DNA of 64,000 nt from Alphaproteobacteria bacterium (GTDB taxonomy: Bacteria; Pseudomonadota; Alphaproteobacteria; UBA828). How positions within the stretch are numbered: position 1 is the stretch's first letter; the number at the start of each line of letters is the position of its first letter. The stretch spans positions 1 through 64,000 of the forward strand of contig CBDEFM010000001.1 of the NCBI GenBank assembly GCA_965237415.1. Direction: 5' to 3'. The position numbers and the translations under genes are program-made. The notes below the pieces were generated by a model. It did not search any database and was not told where the DNA came from. It worked only from the letters and a program-made list of their open reading frames with translations. Below, piece by piece: positions 23,298 to 32,648 of this stretch.

Positions 23298-23790
23298 GCC
23301 GATAGAGCCCAGGGCGGAGCGCGGCCGCCTGGCGGAGGTCTGCAGGCGAGGAAAAGATGCAGAAGCTGCAACTGCATCTCGACAGGTAGCGGTAGATCCA
23401 GTGCGGCCGCTGGCCGGCCTCGCGGATGACGCGGAACACATCCTCGGCGGTGAGATGGAAGACCGGCAGCCAGTCGAAGACCTCGCGGCCGGCGACGCTC
23501 ATGCGGTCGTTGCGACGCCAGGGGTCTTTCTTCGCCCGGGCGGCGCTCTCGTCGGCCCGCATTCCCATCGCGTTGACGAGCCGTCCGCCAAAACGGGGAT
23601 GGGCGGCCAGGTAGCGGCGCAGCTCGCGCTGGATTGGGCCGCGCTTAAGCGACGCCGTGCACCATCGACGTGCCGGGTCCGGCCATAAGCCGCGGTCCTC
23701 GACAAGATCGAGCAGCGTCTTGCCGGAGGTGACGGGGGCGAAGATCAAGGGCACGCCTTCGGGAAGGGTCGCCTCGATGTGGCGGACCGT
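23298..23790 (-). pseudogene. Phosphoadenosine phosphosulfate reductase-family protein, internal fragment
   Basis: RWCTASLKRGP, GMRADES..R, WLPV.., SRCSCSFCIF; lacks the N-terminal SGGKDS. Confidence 0.8.
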
Positions 23791-24887
23791 AGCGGAAGCA
23801 GGTGAGCAGGTCGTCGAGGTCGTTGCGCAGGCAGGCGACGGCCTTGGGGTAGGTCTCTTCCCAGGCACTGGCGAAGCGGCGTGCGGCACTGAGCGCCTTG
23901 GGCCGGTTGGGGGCGTTCATGATGGCGTGGAGGGCAGCCTTGACGGCGCCGTGGTCGGCCTTGCGGACCTTGCCCAGCACGTTCCTGACTTTGTGCGCCC
24001 AGCAGCGCTGCAGAGGGATGCCCGGATAGACGGTCGGCAAGGCAGCGATGAGGCCCCGGCCACCCCCCGCCTTCGCAGGGGCAGGCTCTGGCACAGATCA
24101 TCTCCAGGCCGTTGCCGGTGAGCCCGCGGCGGTAGAGGTCGGTAAGGAAGCGCTCCCACGCGGCGGCGCTCTCGCCGGTCGCGAGGTGGAAGTCGATGAT
24201 CTCCTTCTTGCCGTCCGCCCGGATACCCAGCGCCACCAAGGACGGGGCGTTTCAGCGCGCCGGCGCCGGTCCTGCGCGCCAGCACCACGCCGTCGAGCAT
24301 GAGCGCCTTGTAGCGCTCGGCAAGCGGGCGCGCATGGAAGGCGGCGACGGCTTCATCCAGGGTCTTGGCAACCCGGCTCACGGTCGAGGCCGAGACCTTG
24401 CGGCCGAGCAGGGCCAACAAGACCTCGCCCACCTTGCGGGTTGAGAGCCCGAGCACGAAGCCGGCCAGGATGGCACGGTCGATCTCGGGCGCGCGCCTTG
24501 CATAGCTGCGCAGCACCTCGCTCGGGCAGAAGCGCCGGGTGCGCGGTACGCTGAGCTCGATATCGCCGAGTTCGGTCAACAGATGACGCGAATAGCTGCC
24601 GTTGCGTCGGTCGCGCATGGCGCTGCCATCGAGACTGTCGAGCCAGTCGTCGACCACCTCGGCCATCCGGCCCTGGATGATCTCGGCAAGGGCTTGGCGG
24701 CCGAGCGGGCGGTAGCCCTCGCCCCACTTCAGCCCGTCCGCTCGCATTTCCTTCACGGCCTCAAAGGCCATCGGTAGACTCTCAATCGTCGCAGTTCGCT
24801 GTGACATCGGGGTGCTCCTGTTCGTGGCTCTTGCATAACCACAGGGAGTACCCCTTTCCCGCCTGACACATAATCGCGCACGTCACC
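23789..24887 (-). mobile_element. IS256-family element, frameshifted and 3'-truncated
   Basis: Transposase 24807-23789 lies in three frames: RNGSY..VPR.R, GLSTRKV, LMLDG / VLVALGI..DG.KE / QRCWAH..RN..YPKAV.CL..D. Terminal-IR-like GGTGACGTGCGCGATTATGTGTCA at 24864-24887. Confidence 0.85.
24063..24092. repeat. REP-like palindromic insertion in the IS256 transposase
   Basis: Minus strand AGAGCCTGCCCCTGCGAAGGCGGGG, a GAAG-loop hairpin that reads PEPAPAKAG. Confidence 0.6.
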
Positions 24888-25003
24888 AGCGGGATCGCTC
24901 CATTGACGGCGCTTATACGCTGTGTGACCATGGATGCCAGTGTCGAGCCGATAAGCAAGAAGAATAACTTGATGGTTCAGGCACGCAGAACAGGGAGAAC
25001 AAA

Positions 25004-26131
25004 ATGCGCAACATGACATCAATTTCTCGCCGTTCACTGCTGAGTGGTATGGCTGCTGTTGGCGCGTTGACGACAGTCCCTGTAGCAGGAACTAGAACGG
25101 TATGGGCCCAAGACGATCTGGTTGTTGGCGCCGTCTACGTTGGAGCAAAAGATGACTATGGCTGGAATCAGGGGCACGCCGTCGGCGTATCCGCGCTGAA
25201 GAGTCTCAGTGGAGTCAAGGTCGTAGAAGAGGAAAACGTTCCCGAAACCATCGAAGTTCAAAAGTCTATGGAGAGCATGATAAACTTCGACGGCGCTCAG
25301 TTGATTTTTGCGACATCGTTCGGGTATTGGGACCACATGCTGAAGGTCGCAGCGAAATACCCCGATGTTCAATTCCTCCACGCCGCTCCGTCGGTCTGGG
25401 AGGAAGGAATGCCCGTAAATGCCGGCAGCTACAATGGATATATAGATCAGGCGCAATACATTGCTGGCGTCGTCGCGGGACATGCGACCAAGACCGGAAA
25501 ACTCGGCTTCGTTGCGGCTAAACCTTACCCTGCCTCCATTCGTAACGTAAATTCCTTCACACTTGGTGCGCGCTCCGTCAACCTGGAGGCGACGATGCAG
25601 GTTGTGGTAACGGGAGACTGGGTGTTGCCCGTCAAGGAAGCGGAAGCGGTCAATAGTCTCGCTGACCAGGGAATTGATGTGGTCACATGCCACGTCGACG
25701 CCCCGAAGGTTGTGATTGAGACTGCGGAAAAGCGTGGCATCTATTCGTCCGGCTATCACACGGATCAGTCCGTGCTCGCGCCCAACGGATATCTCACAGG
25801 CGCCATCTGGAATTGGGAGAAGGTCTACACCGACTACGTCACTTGGCTCCGTGAAGGTACGTCGTGGCCTCACATTCTTCGCGGTGGCCTGAAAGAAGGC
25901 ATTGTGACGAACGTTCCGTACGGCAGCGCCGTATCGGACGACGCGCGGAGCGACGCCGATGCCGCAGTGGCCAGCTTCATGGACGGGAGTTTCCAGATCT
26001 ATTCGGGACCGATGACCAGCAACGACGGTCGAACCATAATTCCGGAAGGTACGTCTTACGCTGCGAACGATTTGTGGCTAGAGACCATGGACTGGTTCGT
26101 CGAGGGCGTGGTTGGGACGACCGGCGCGTAA
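25004..26131 (+). CDS. BMP-family ABC substrate-binding protein, Tat signal
   Basis: SRRSLL twin-arginine, DYGWNQGH, ATSFGY, N.F.LGA..VN. Confidence 0.9.
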   Translation: MRNMTSISRRSLLSGMAAVGALTTVPVAGTRTVWAQDDLVVGAVYVGAKDDYGWNQGHAVGVSALKSLSGVKVVEEENVPETIEVQKSMESMINFDGAQLIFATSFGYWDHMLKVAAKYPDVQFLHAAPSVWEEGMPVNAGSYNGYIDQAQYIAGVVAGHATKTGKLGFVAAKPYPASIRNVNSFTLGARSVNLEATMQVVVTGDWVLPVKEAEAVNSLADQGIDVVTCHVDAPKVVIETAEKRGIYSSGYHTDQSVLAPNGYLTGAIWNWEKVYTDYVTWLREGTSWPHILRGGLKEGIVTNVPYGSAVSDDARSDADAAVASFMDGSFQIYSGPMTSNDGRTIIPEGTSYAANDLWLETMDWFVEGVVGTTGA

Positions 26132-26179
26132 CGATTCCAAGCCAATCGAGGAGATAGACAGCGGCCATCTTGCACCGCG

Positions 26180-27286
26180 ATGTCGTCACCCCGGGAGAGG
26201 GTGATCCCGGAATGGCGCATACCGTTTATTCGCCTTCCGCGATCAGCACCCGCATCAACGATAGAGGCGCTCGCCATACCGGTGGGCGCTCTCATCGTTT
26301 CGATGATTCTGTTCGGCCTATTCTTGCTTGCCATCGGTCAGAACCCGTTCGAGGTCTACCAGTCAATCTATAAGGGCGCGTTCGGTAGCTGGTTTTCCTG
26401 GCAGAATGCGCTGCAGCGCGCCTCCCCACTGATGCTGGTCGCGCTCTGCACGGCCTTGCCGGCACGGCTCGGACTAATCGTGATCGGCGGCGAGGGGGCT
26501 CTCGTCATCGGCGCCGTGGCGACCGTCGCTGCGGCAGTCGCGCTCGAAGGGGCTCCCTCCGCCGTCATCACGACGCTCATGTTGTTGGCTGGCGCCGTCG
26601 CCGGAGGCCTTTGGATCGGATTCGTCGGCGGTCTCCGCCACTATCGCGGTGTCAACGAAACGATCAGCAGCTTGCTCCTGAACTACATCGCGATCGCGGT
26701 GATGAGCCACCTTGTCCTCGGCCTGATGCGCGATCCCGCAGTTCTGCACAGACCGTCGAGTTGGCATGTGGGCGAGGCCAACATGCTCGGCCTCATTCCC
26801 GGCATGGACGTCCACTGGGGATTGATCATCGGCGCGATCGTGTGCTTCGTGCTGTTTGTTCTGGTGCGCGGGACCACGTTCGGCTTCGCCGGCGACATCA
26901 TCGGCGGCAATCCTCGCGCCGCACGCATGGCCGGGCTCGCCGTCGGCCCCCTCATCGTGACGACCTGCTTCCTCGGTGGCGCTGCGGCGGGTCTCGCGGG
27001 CGCCATTGAAATTGCCGCGGTGCAGGGCCGCACAAGCAGTTCCATTGTCGTCGGCTACGGCTACACGGGCATCCTCATCGCGTTCATAGCAAGGCAGAAT
27101 CCGCTTGCCGTCATACCGGTGGCCATCTTGCTCGGCGGCATCCGGGCAAGCGGCGGGCTGCTCCAGCGATGGCACGACCTGCCCGATGCGACGGTGCTTG
27201 TCATGCAAGGCATCATCTTTGTCGTGATCTTGGCGAGCGAAACTCTCTACGGCCGGGTCGCCTTCTTCCAGATGAGGAAGAGCTGA
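26180..27286 (+). CDS. ABC transporter permease (nucleoside/BMP type)
   Basis: IGGEG, GVNETISSLLLNY, GGNPRAA..AG, GYGYTGIL.A. Confidence 0.88.
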   Translation: MSSPRERVIPEWRIPFIRLPRSAPASTIEALAIPVGALIVSMILFGLFLLAIGQNPFEVYQSIYKGAFGSWFSWQNALQRASPLMLVALCTALPARLGLIVIGGEGALVIGAVATVAAAVALEGAPSAVITTLMLLAGAVAGGLWIGFVGGLRHYRGVNETISSLLLNYIAIAVMSHLVLGLMRDPAVLHRPSSWHVGEANMLGLIPGMDVHWGLIIGAIVCFVLFVLVRGTTFGFAGDIIGGNPRAARMAGLAVGPLIVTTCFLGGAAAGLAGAIEIAAVQGRTSSSIVVGYGYTGILIAFIARQNPLAVIPVAILLGGIRASGGLLQRWHDLPDATVLVMQGIIFVVILASETLYGRVAFFQMRKS

Positions 27287-27287
27287 C

Positions 27288-28217
27288 ATGGAAGAGGCGG
27301 CGGCACTGGGATGGTGGGGCGTTCCGCTGGGCGTGCTGGCCGGGGTATTGCGGGTCAGTACGCCGTTCCTGTTTGTCAGTCTGGGCGAGTGTCTCACCGA
27401 GAAAAGTGGGCGCATCAATCTGGGCCTCGAAGGCAACCTGGTCATGGGCGCCATGGCCGGCTACGGCGTATCGTTTGTCAGCGGTTCACCCTGGCTCGGC
27501 GTCGCCGCCGCCGGCGTCATCGGCATGGTGCTGGGTGCGATGCATGCCTGGGCCTGCTCGCAACCCCGTGTCAACGACATCGCCGTCGGCATCTCGCTGA
27601 TGCTCTTTGGCATCGGCCTGGCATTCTTCCTCGGCAAGCCGCTGATTCAGCCGACGGCACCGCGCCTGCCGACGATCAACTTCGGCTGGTGGAGCGATAC
27701 GCCGCAGATTCGTTTTGCCCTTGAGGTCAATGCTCTGTTTCTCATCGGCGTCGCCATGGCACCGATCATGGCGTGGTCGTTCAAGAACACACGATGGGGT
27801 CTCATCGTGCGTACCGTGGGCGACAGCGCCGATGCAGCCCGTGCCATGGGCTATCACGTCAATCGCGTTCGCATGCTCAGCACCGTTGCCGGTGGCTTCT
27901 TCGCAGGTGTGGGAGGATCGTTCCTGTCTCTGTTCTATCCTGGGAGCTGGAACGAGGGTCTTTCCAGCGGCCAGGGCCTGATGGCGGTAGCGCTTGTCAT
28001 CTTCGCCAGGTGGGACCCGATCAAGTGCTTGTACGCCGCTTTCTTGTTTGGCGGAGCGAGTTCGTTGGGTCCGGCGCTTCAGTCGGTCGGATTCTCGGAG
28101 GGATACTACCTGTTCAATGCCGCGCCCTATTTGCTCACTCTTGCCATCATGATCATCAGCAGCTCGCCACGGCGCAGCCTCGTCGGCGCACCTGGAGAGC
28201 TCAGCGTCACCAAGTGA
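27288..28217 (+). CDS. ABC transporter permease (nucleoside/BMP type)
   Basis: EKSGRINLGLEG, GQGLMAVALVIFARW, PYLLTL. Confidence 0.88.
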   Translation: MEEAAALGWWGVPLGVLAGVLRVSTPFLFVSLGECLTEKSGRINLGLEGNLVMGAMAGYGVSFVSGSPWLGVAAAGVIGMVLGAMHAWACSQPRVNDIAVGISLMLFGIGLAFFLGKPLIQPTAPRLPTINFGWWSDTPQIRFALEVNALFLIGVAMAPIMAWSFKNTRWGLIVRTVGDSADAARAMGYHVNRVRMLSTVAGGFFAGVGGSFLSLFYPGSWNEGLSSGQGLMAVALVIFARWDPIKCLYAAFLFGGASSLGPALQSVGFSEGYYLFNAAPYLLTLAIMIISSSPRRSLVGAPGELSVTK

Positions 28218-28242
28218 CGCGCTAACGAGAGGAGACACAGCA

Positions 28243-29235
28243 ATGAACGGTCTTGGAGGACTGAACAAGTCGCCCGACGGCGTCGTCGTCGGTGTCGTGC
28301 AGCTTCAACTGCCGACTGTTGTCACCATGGAGGACTTGTCGAGGCAGACGGACAAGATTTGCGGCATGGTCCGCAAGGCCAAAGCGGGCATGCCAACACT
28401 CGATCTCGTCGTGTTTCCGGAATACGCCCTCCATGGCCTTTCCATGGACATGAACGCGGAAATCATGTGCCGCCTCGAGGGGCCGGAGGTCGCCGCCTTC
28501 AAGCAAGCCTGCGTCGACAATGACGTCTGGGGCTGCTTCTCCATCATGGAGTACAACCCGGACGGCAACCCCTACAACAGCGGCATCATCGCGGACGCAC
28601 GAGGGGAACTGCAGCTCTACTATCGAAAGATGCACCCCTGGGTGCCGGTCGAGCCCTGGGAGCCCGGCAACATCGGGATTCCGGTGTGCGACGGTCCCAA
28701 CGGCAGCAAACTGGGCCTCATCATCTGCCATGACGGCATGTTTCCCGAGATGGCACGCGAGTGCGCGTACAAGGGCGCCAACATCATGCTGCGTACCGCG
28801 GGATACACGGCACCGATCCGCCATTCCTGGAAGATCAGCAATCAAACCAATGCGTTCTCCAACCTGATGTACACGGTCAGCGTTTGCATGGCCGGCACCG
28901 ACGGCACGTTCAATTCCATGGGCGAAGGCATGATTTGCGACTTCGATGGCACGCCGATCGTTGTCGGAAATGGCGCAGCGGACGAGATCATCACCGCGGA
29001 GGTGCGCCCCAGACTGGCCGATGAGGCTCGGCGCGAATGGGGCGTCGAGAACAACATCTATCAGTTCGGTCACCGCGGGTTCGTTGCGGTCGCTGGCGGT
29101 GCCCAGGATTGCCCCTATACCTACATGCGCGATCTCGCTGCCGGCCAATATCGGGTGCCCTGGGAAGACGAGGTCAAGGTCAAGGACGGCACCAGCTGCG
29201 GCTTTGCCGCGCCGAACCGGAGCTTTCAGGGGTAA
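28243..29235 (+). CDS. amiF: Formamidase (nitrilase superfamily)
   Basis: FPEY, YRKMHPWVP.EPW, ICHDG (Glu-Lys-Cys triad with the formamidase CHDG motif), GHRG..AV.GG..DCPYTYM. Confidence 0.88.
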   Translation: MNGLGGLNKSPDGVVVGVVQLQLPTVVTMEDLSRQTDKICGMVRKAKAGMPTLDLVVFPEYALHGLSMDMNAEIMCRLEGPEVAAFKQACVDNDVWGCFSIMEYNPDGNPYNSGIIADARGELQLYYRKMHPWVPVEPWEPGNIGIPVCDGPNGSKLGLIICHDGMFPEMARECAYKGANIMLRTAGYTAPIRHSWKISNQTNAFSNLMYTVSVCMAGTDGTFNSMGEGMICDFDGTPIVVGNGAADEIITAEVRPRLADEARREWGVENNIYQFGHRGFVAVAGGAQDCPYTYMRDLAAGQYRVPWEDEVKVKDGTSCGFAAPNRSFQG

Positions 29236-29273
29236 CTCGCAGCGCTCATGTGACGTGAACGCTAGCCCAGCCC

Positions 29274-30833
29274 ATGGCCGATAGCAGCAGCGACAGCGCG
29301 GCCCTCGCGCCCCCACGCCTCGAGGCGTTGGCCGTGACGAAGCGCTTCGGTCCTCTTGTGGCGCTCGATGACGTCTCGCTGACCTTGGAACCCGGTTCCT
29401 TCCACGCACTGCTTGGCGAGAACGGTGCGGGCAAGAGCACGCTCGTCAAATGCATCATGGGTTACTACCGCGCGGACGCGGGACACTTTCTGCTGGACGG
29501 AAAGACGCATCGCGTGACCTCGCCGCGCGACGCCCATGAGCTCGGGATCGGCATGGTCTACCAGCATTTCACGCTGGTACCGAACATGTCGGTGGCCGAG
29601 AACCTGCTCTTGTCGAGGAGCCATCTGCCGGGTGTGGTCAAGTGGAGAGCTGAGCAACAAGCCATGGAGGCGTTTCTCGAGACGATGCCCTTCTCGGTGG
29701 ATCTCTCCGCAACCGTCACTGCTCTCTCGGCCGGCGAGAAGCAGAAGCTCGAGATTCTCAAGCAACTCTATCTCGACAGTCGCATTCTTATCTTCGACGA
29801 GCCGACATCGGTCCTCACCCCTGGGGAAGCCGACGAGATTCTGGGATTGCTCAGGCGCATGACACAAGCCAACAGGCTGAGCGTCTTGATGATCACCCAC
29901 AAGCTGCGCGAGGTCAGCGCCTACGCCGAGGAGGTCACGGTGCTGCGGCAAGGGAGGGTCTCCGGCACCGGGCGCGCCGCAGAGCTGTCCCCCACCGACC
30001 TCACGCGGATGATGGTCGGCACGACGACGCTCCCGAAGCAGGCAGAGCGCATACAGCGCTCCGACCGACCCGTTCGCCTCATGCTCTCCGAGCTCTCCGC
30101 CGACGATGACAAGGGCCATCGAGCGCTCGCCGGCGTCTCACTGGAGGTGTGTGGAGGCGAGATCGTCGGGATCGCCGGTGTGTCCGGCAACGGTCAACGA
30201 GAATTGACAGAAGTCCTCGCCGGTCAGCGCGAACCCTCAGAGGGGGCAGTCGCGGTTCATGGAACGCCCTATCACGCGTCGCGGTCGGAGATGCGCCGCC
30301 ACAAGATCTACTGCCTGCCGGAGGAGCCGCTGCGCAATGCCTGCGTGGCGCGTATGACGATTTCGGAGAATCTGGCCTTCCGTTCGTTCGACGTGTCGCC
30401 GTTCTCCGTCGCTGGTTTTCTGATCAGCCGTGCGGCCATCAGAGCGGCAGCGATCAGATTGATCGACCAGTTCAGTATCAGGACGCCGTCGCCCGATGCT
30501 CGTGTCGAAACACTCTCCGGTGGCAACGTGCAACGCATGGTCTTGGCTAGAGAGCTCTCGCAAGAGGTAGAAGTCCTAATCGCGGTAAATCCATGTTTCG
30601 GTCTGGATATAGCGGCCATAAGCGAGATTCGCTCTCGGATTACGGCGGTGCGCAACCGAGGTGCAGCCGTGTTGCTCGTGTCGGAAGATCTGGACGAGTT
30701 ATTCGAGCTGTCAGATCGGATTCTGGTCATGTTTGGTGGCGCGATAAACTATGAGACGAAGACCAGCGACGCAGACCGCGCAACCATCGGCCGCTATATG
30801 GCTGGTCACACTGGAGTGACGGCGAACGACTAG
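29274..30833 (+). CDS. ABC transporter ATP-binding protein (two-domain, CUT2-type)
   Basis: GENGAGKST, LSAGEKQ, DEPT, LSGGNVQ. Confidence 0.9.
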   Translation: MADSSSDSAALAPPRLEALAVTKRFGPLVALDDVSLTLEPGSFHALLGENGAGKSTLVKCIMGYYRADAGHFLLDGKTHRVTSPRDAHELGIGMVYQHFTLVPNMSVAENLLLSRSHLPGVVKWRAEQQAMEAFLETMPFSVDLSATVTALSAGEKQKLEILKQLYLDSRILIFDEPTSVLTPGEADEILGLLRRMTQANRLSVLMITHKLREVSAYAEEVTVLRQGRVSGTGRAAELSPTDLTRMMVGTTTLPKQAERIQRSDRPVRLMLSELSADDDKGHRALAGVSLEVCGGEIVGIAGVSGNGQRELTEVLAGQREPSEGAVAVHGTPYHASRSEMRRHKIYCLPEEPLRNACVARMTISENLAFRSFDVSPFSVAGFLISRAAIRAAAIRLIDQFSIRTPSPDARVETLSGGNVQRMVLARELSQEVEVLIAVNPCFGLDIAAISEIRSRITAVRNRGAAVLLVSEDLDELFELSDRILVMFGGAINYETKTSDADRATIGRYMAGHTGVTAND

Positions 30834-30980
30834 AGCATTACCGACACGGGCGGTCTGCTTATCACGGCGTGGGGCAATGCCGCCGACATCCGGAGTTGCG
30901 ACGATGCGCCCAATCTGCTCGGCCCCGTCCGCTATGGGTTCCCGAGGATGCGCAATACCGATGGCGATTCGGCCCGCCGG

Positions 30981-31385
30981 TTAGCCGCCGCATCGTTGCT
31001 CCAAATAGGCACGCCAGCCGCCGTACTCGGAAATATCGCGATGCCGGCCTTCGGCCAGCTCGCGCGGGTAAAGAACGGCCTCGGCGCGCCTGCCGTCCGA
31101 TAGCGTCGCCTCCCCCCGATAGAGGTGAGGTGGCTCGCCAGCCTCGATGCGTGCCCACAGCTCGTCATCCACCAGGTACAGCTCTCCCTTCACCGACACG
31201 CCGCCCGCGCCCACCTCGAACATGCCTGGATGGCGGTCGTCGATGGAATACACGCGATATGTCGGCGCCGTCTGGGCCTCCCCCAAGAACTCCGCCCCTT
31301 CGAGATTCCCGTGGAGCTCGAGGCCCCGCATCAGCGTTCCGTTGACAAACAGCTCAAACGACACCGCATTCTCCTGTTGCTGCAT
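30981..31385 (-). CDS. Gamma-glutamylcyclotransferase-fold protein (allophanate hydrolase C-domain-like)
   Basis: LFVNGTLMRG, GELY, EPP.L, DIS.YGGWRAYL. Confidence 0.8.
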   Translation of the reverse strand: MQQQENAVSFELFVNGTLMRGLELHGNLEGAEFLGEAQTAPTYRVYSIDDRHPGMFEVGAGGVSVKGELYLVDDELWARIEAGEPPHLYRGEATLSDGRRAEAVLYPRELAEGRHRDISEYGGWRAYLEQRCGG

Positions 31386-31432
31386 AAGGGCCGTTCGGAA
31401 ACCCAGGTGTCAACGGCGGAGAGACTATGTAC

Positions 31433-31489
31433 CAGCGCGTCGGCATCGTTCTGGCGGTGGAGGCGTCGCGCCTCGCTCGAAACGGTGCG
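31433..31489 (+). pseudogene. Tiny relic of a serine recombinase catalytic domain
   Basis: Translates QRVGIVLAVEASRLARNGA, matching the V(G)xVLxxExSRLARN motif; no flanking ORF. Confidence 0.55.
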
Positions 31490-31704
31490 GGTTCATAGCG
31501 ACCGCCTCTCTACGTCGCTGTAAATCAGCCATTTCCTGTCGGGGTTCCAATGCCGGCGGAGCATCTTGTTCGCGTTGCGGCAGTGCTGTTGCGTCGATCA
31601 CCCGAGGCCATTGTCCGGCGCGCAAGTTCGATCCCTTGGATTCCGATCAGATCAATAGTTTGACGCGCCGATTGGCGTCGAATCTGCGCGCCGCCCCACA
31701 GCTA

Positions 31705-32625
31705 TCATGAGGGTGTCACGCCGATGCAGGCGGACAAGACCTCTTCCACCGGGGTAGGGCGAATGCCCAGGTCTTCCAAGGTCAACGCCTGCCGCCCGAC
31801 GACATTGTCCCGCTTCATCAGTTTCACCTGATCGCGGGTGAGCGGCGGATCGGGGTGCAATGCCGTCACGGCCGCCAGGATGTCCCACACGAGGAAGGGA
31901 ACCGGGAGCGTGACCGTACGCCTGCCGATCCCTTCGAGCACCAACTGCACCAGTTCCCTGTAGGCGTAGACCTGCGGCCCGCCGAGTTCGTAGACGCGGC
32001 ATTGCGTGGAGGGATCGGCCAGGACCCTCACGCAGGCTTCCGCGACGTTTTCCACGAACACGGGTTGCAGTCTCGTGCCTCCCGTTCCGAACAGCGGCAG
32101 AACCGGGCTTTGCCGTGCCAGCGTCGCAAGCCTGTTCAGGAAGGAATCGCCCGGACCGAATATCACGCCGGGACGTAGGATCGTGACGTCATCGAAGGCC
32201 TGCTTGACGAGGCTCTCTCCGATCCCCCGGGCACGGACATAACGCGAGTCCGACCCGGGATCGGCGCCCAGGCCGGAGATATGGATCAGCCGTAGGGCGC
32301 CGGCCTGCTTCGTCTGCCGGGCGACGTGCAGAGCTCCCTCGCCGTGGATCCTGTCGAATGTCGTGCCCCCTTTTTCGACATAGTGGCCGACGGTGTTGAT
32401 GACCGAAGCCGCACCTTCCACCGCCCGTGTGACCGTCGCCTCGTCCCATACATCCGCCTGCACCAGCTCGATCCGGCCGTCCGCGTCGAGCCGCCGCAGG
32501 AAGACTGCGCGGTCGGGGTGGCGCACGCCCACACGCACGTCGTGCCCGGCGGCGGCCAGATGCTCCACGATCCGGCGGCCCAGGAACCCCGATCCCCCGA
32601 ATACCGTCACTAATTTGGACGCCAT
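31705..32625 (-). CDS. Complex I NDUFA9-like atypical SDR
   Basis: TVFGGSGFLG, HISGLGAD..S.Y.R, ILRPG.IFG..D, QPVFV, YELGGP. Confidence 0.88.
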   Translation of the reverse strand: MASKLVTVFGGSGFLGRRIVEHLAAAGHDVRVGVRHPDRAVFLRRLDADGRIELVQADVWDEATVTRAVEGAASVINTVGHYVEKGGTTFDRIHGEGALHVARQTKQAGALRLIHISGLGADPGSDSRYVRARGIGESLVKQAFDDVTILRPGVIFGPGDSFLNRLATLARQSPVLPLFGTGGTRLQPVFVENVAEACVRVLADPSTQCRVYELGGPQVYAYRELVQLVLEGIGRRTVTLPVPFLVWDILAAVTALHPDPPLTRDQVKLMKRDNVVGRQALTLEDLGIRPTPVEEVLSACIGVTPS

Positions 32626-32648
32626 CGGCTCGACACCAGATTCCCCGT

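Noticed and set aside
23298-23790. A functional Dnd/Ssp phosphorothioation system
   Set aside because: Only an internal PAPS-reductase-family fragment is present, with no partner genes.
24970-24990. Sigma-54 promoter before the BMP operon (TGGTTCAGGCACGCA)
   Set aside because: GG-to-GC spacing is 9 nt rather than the required 10.
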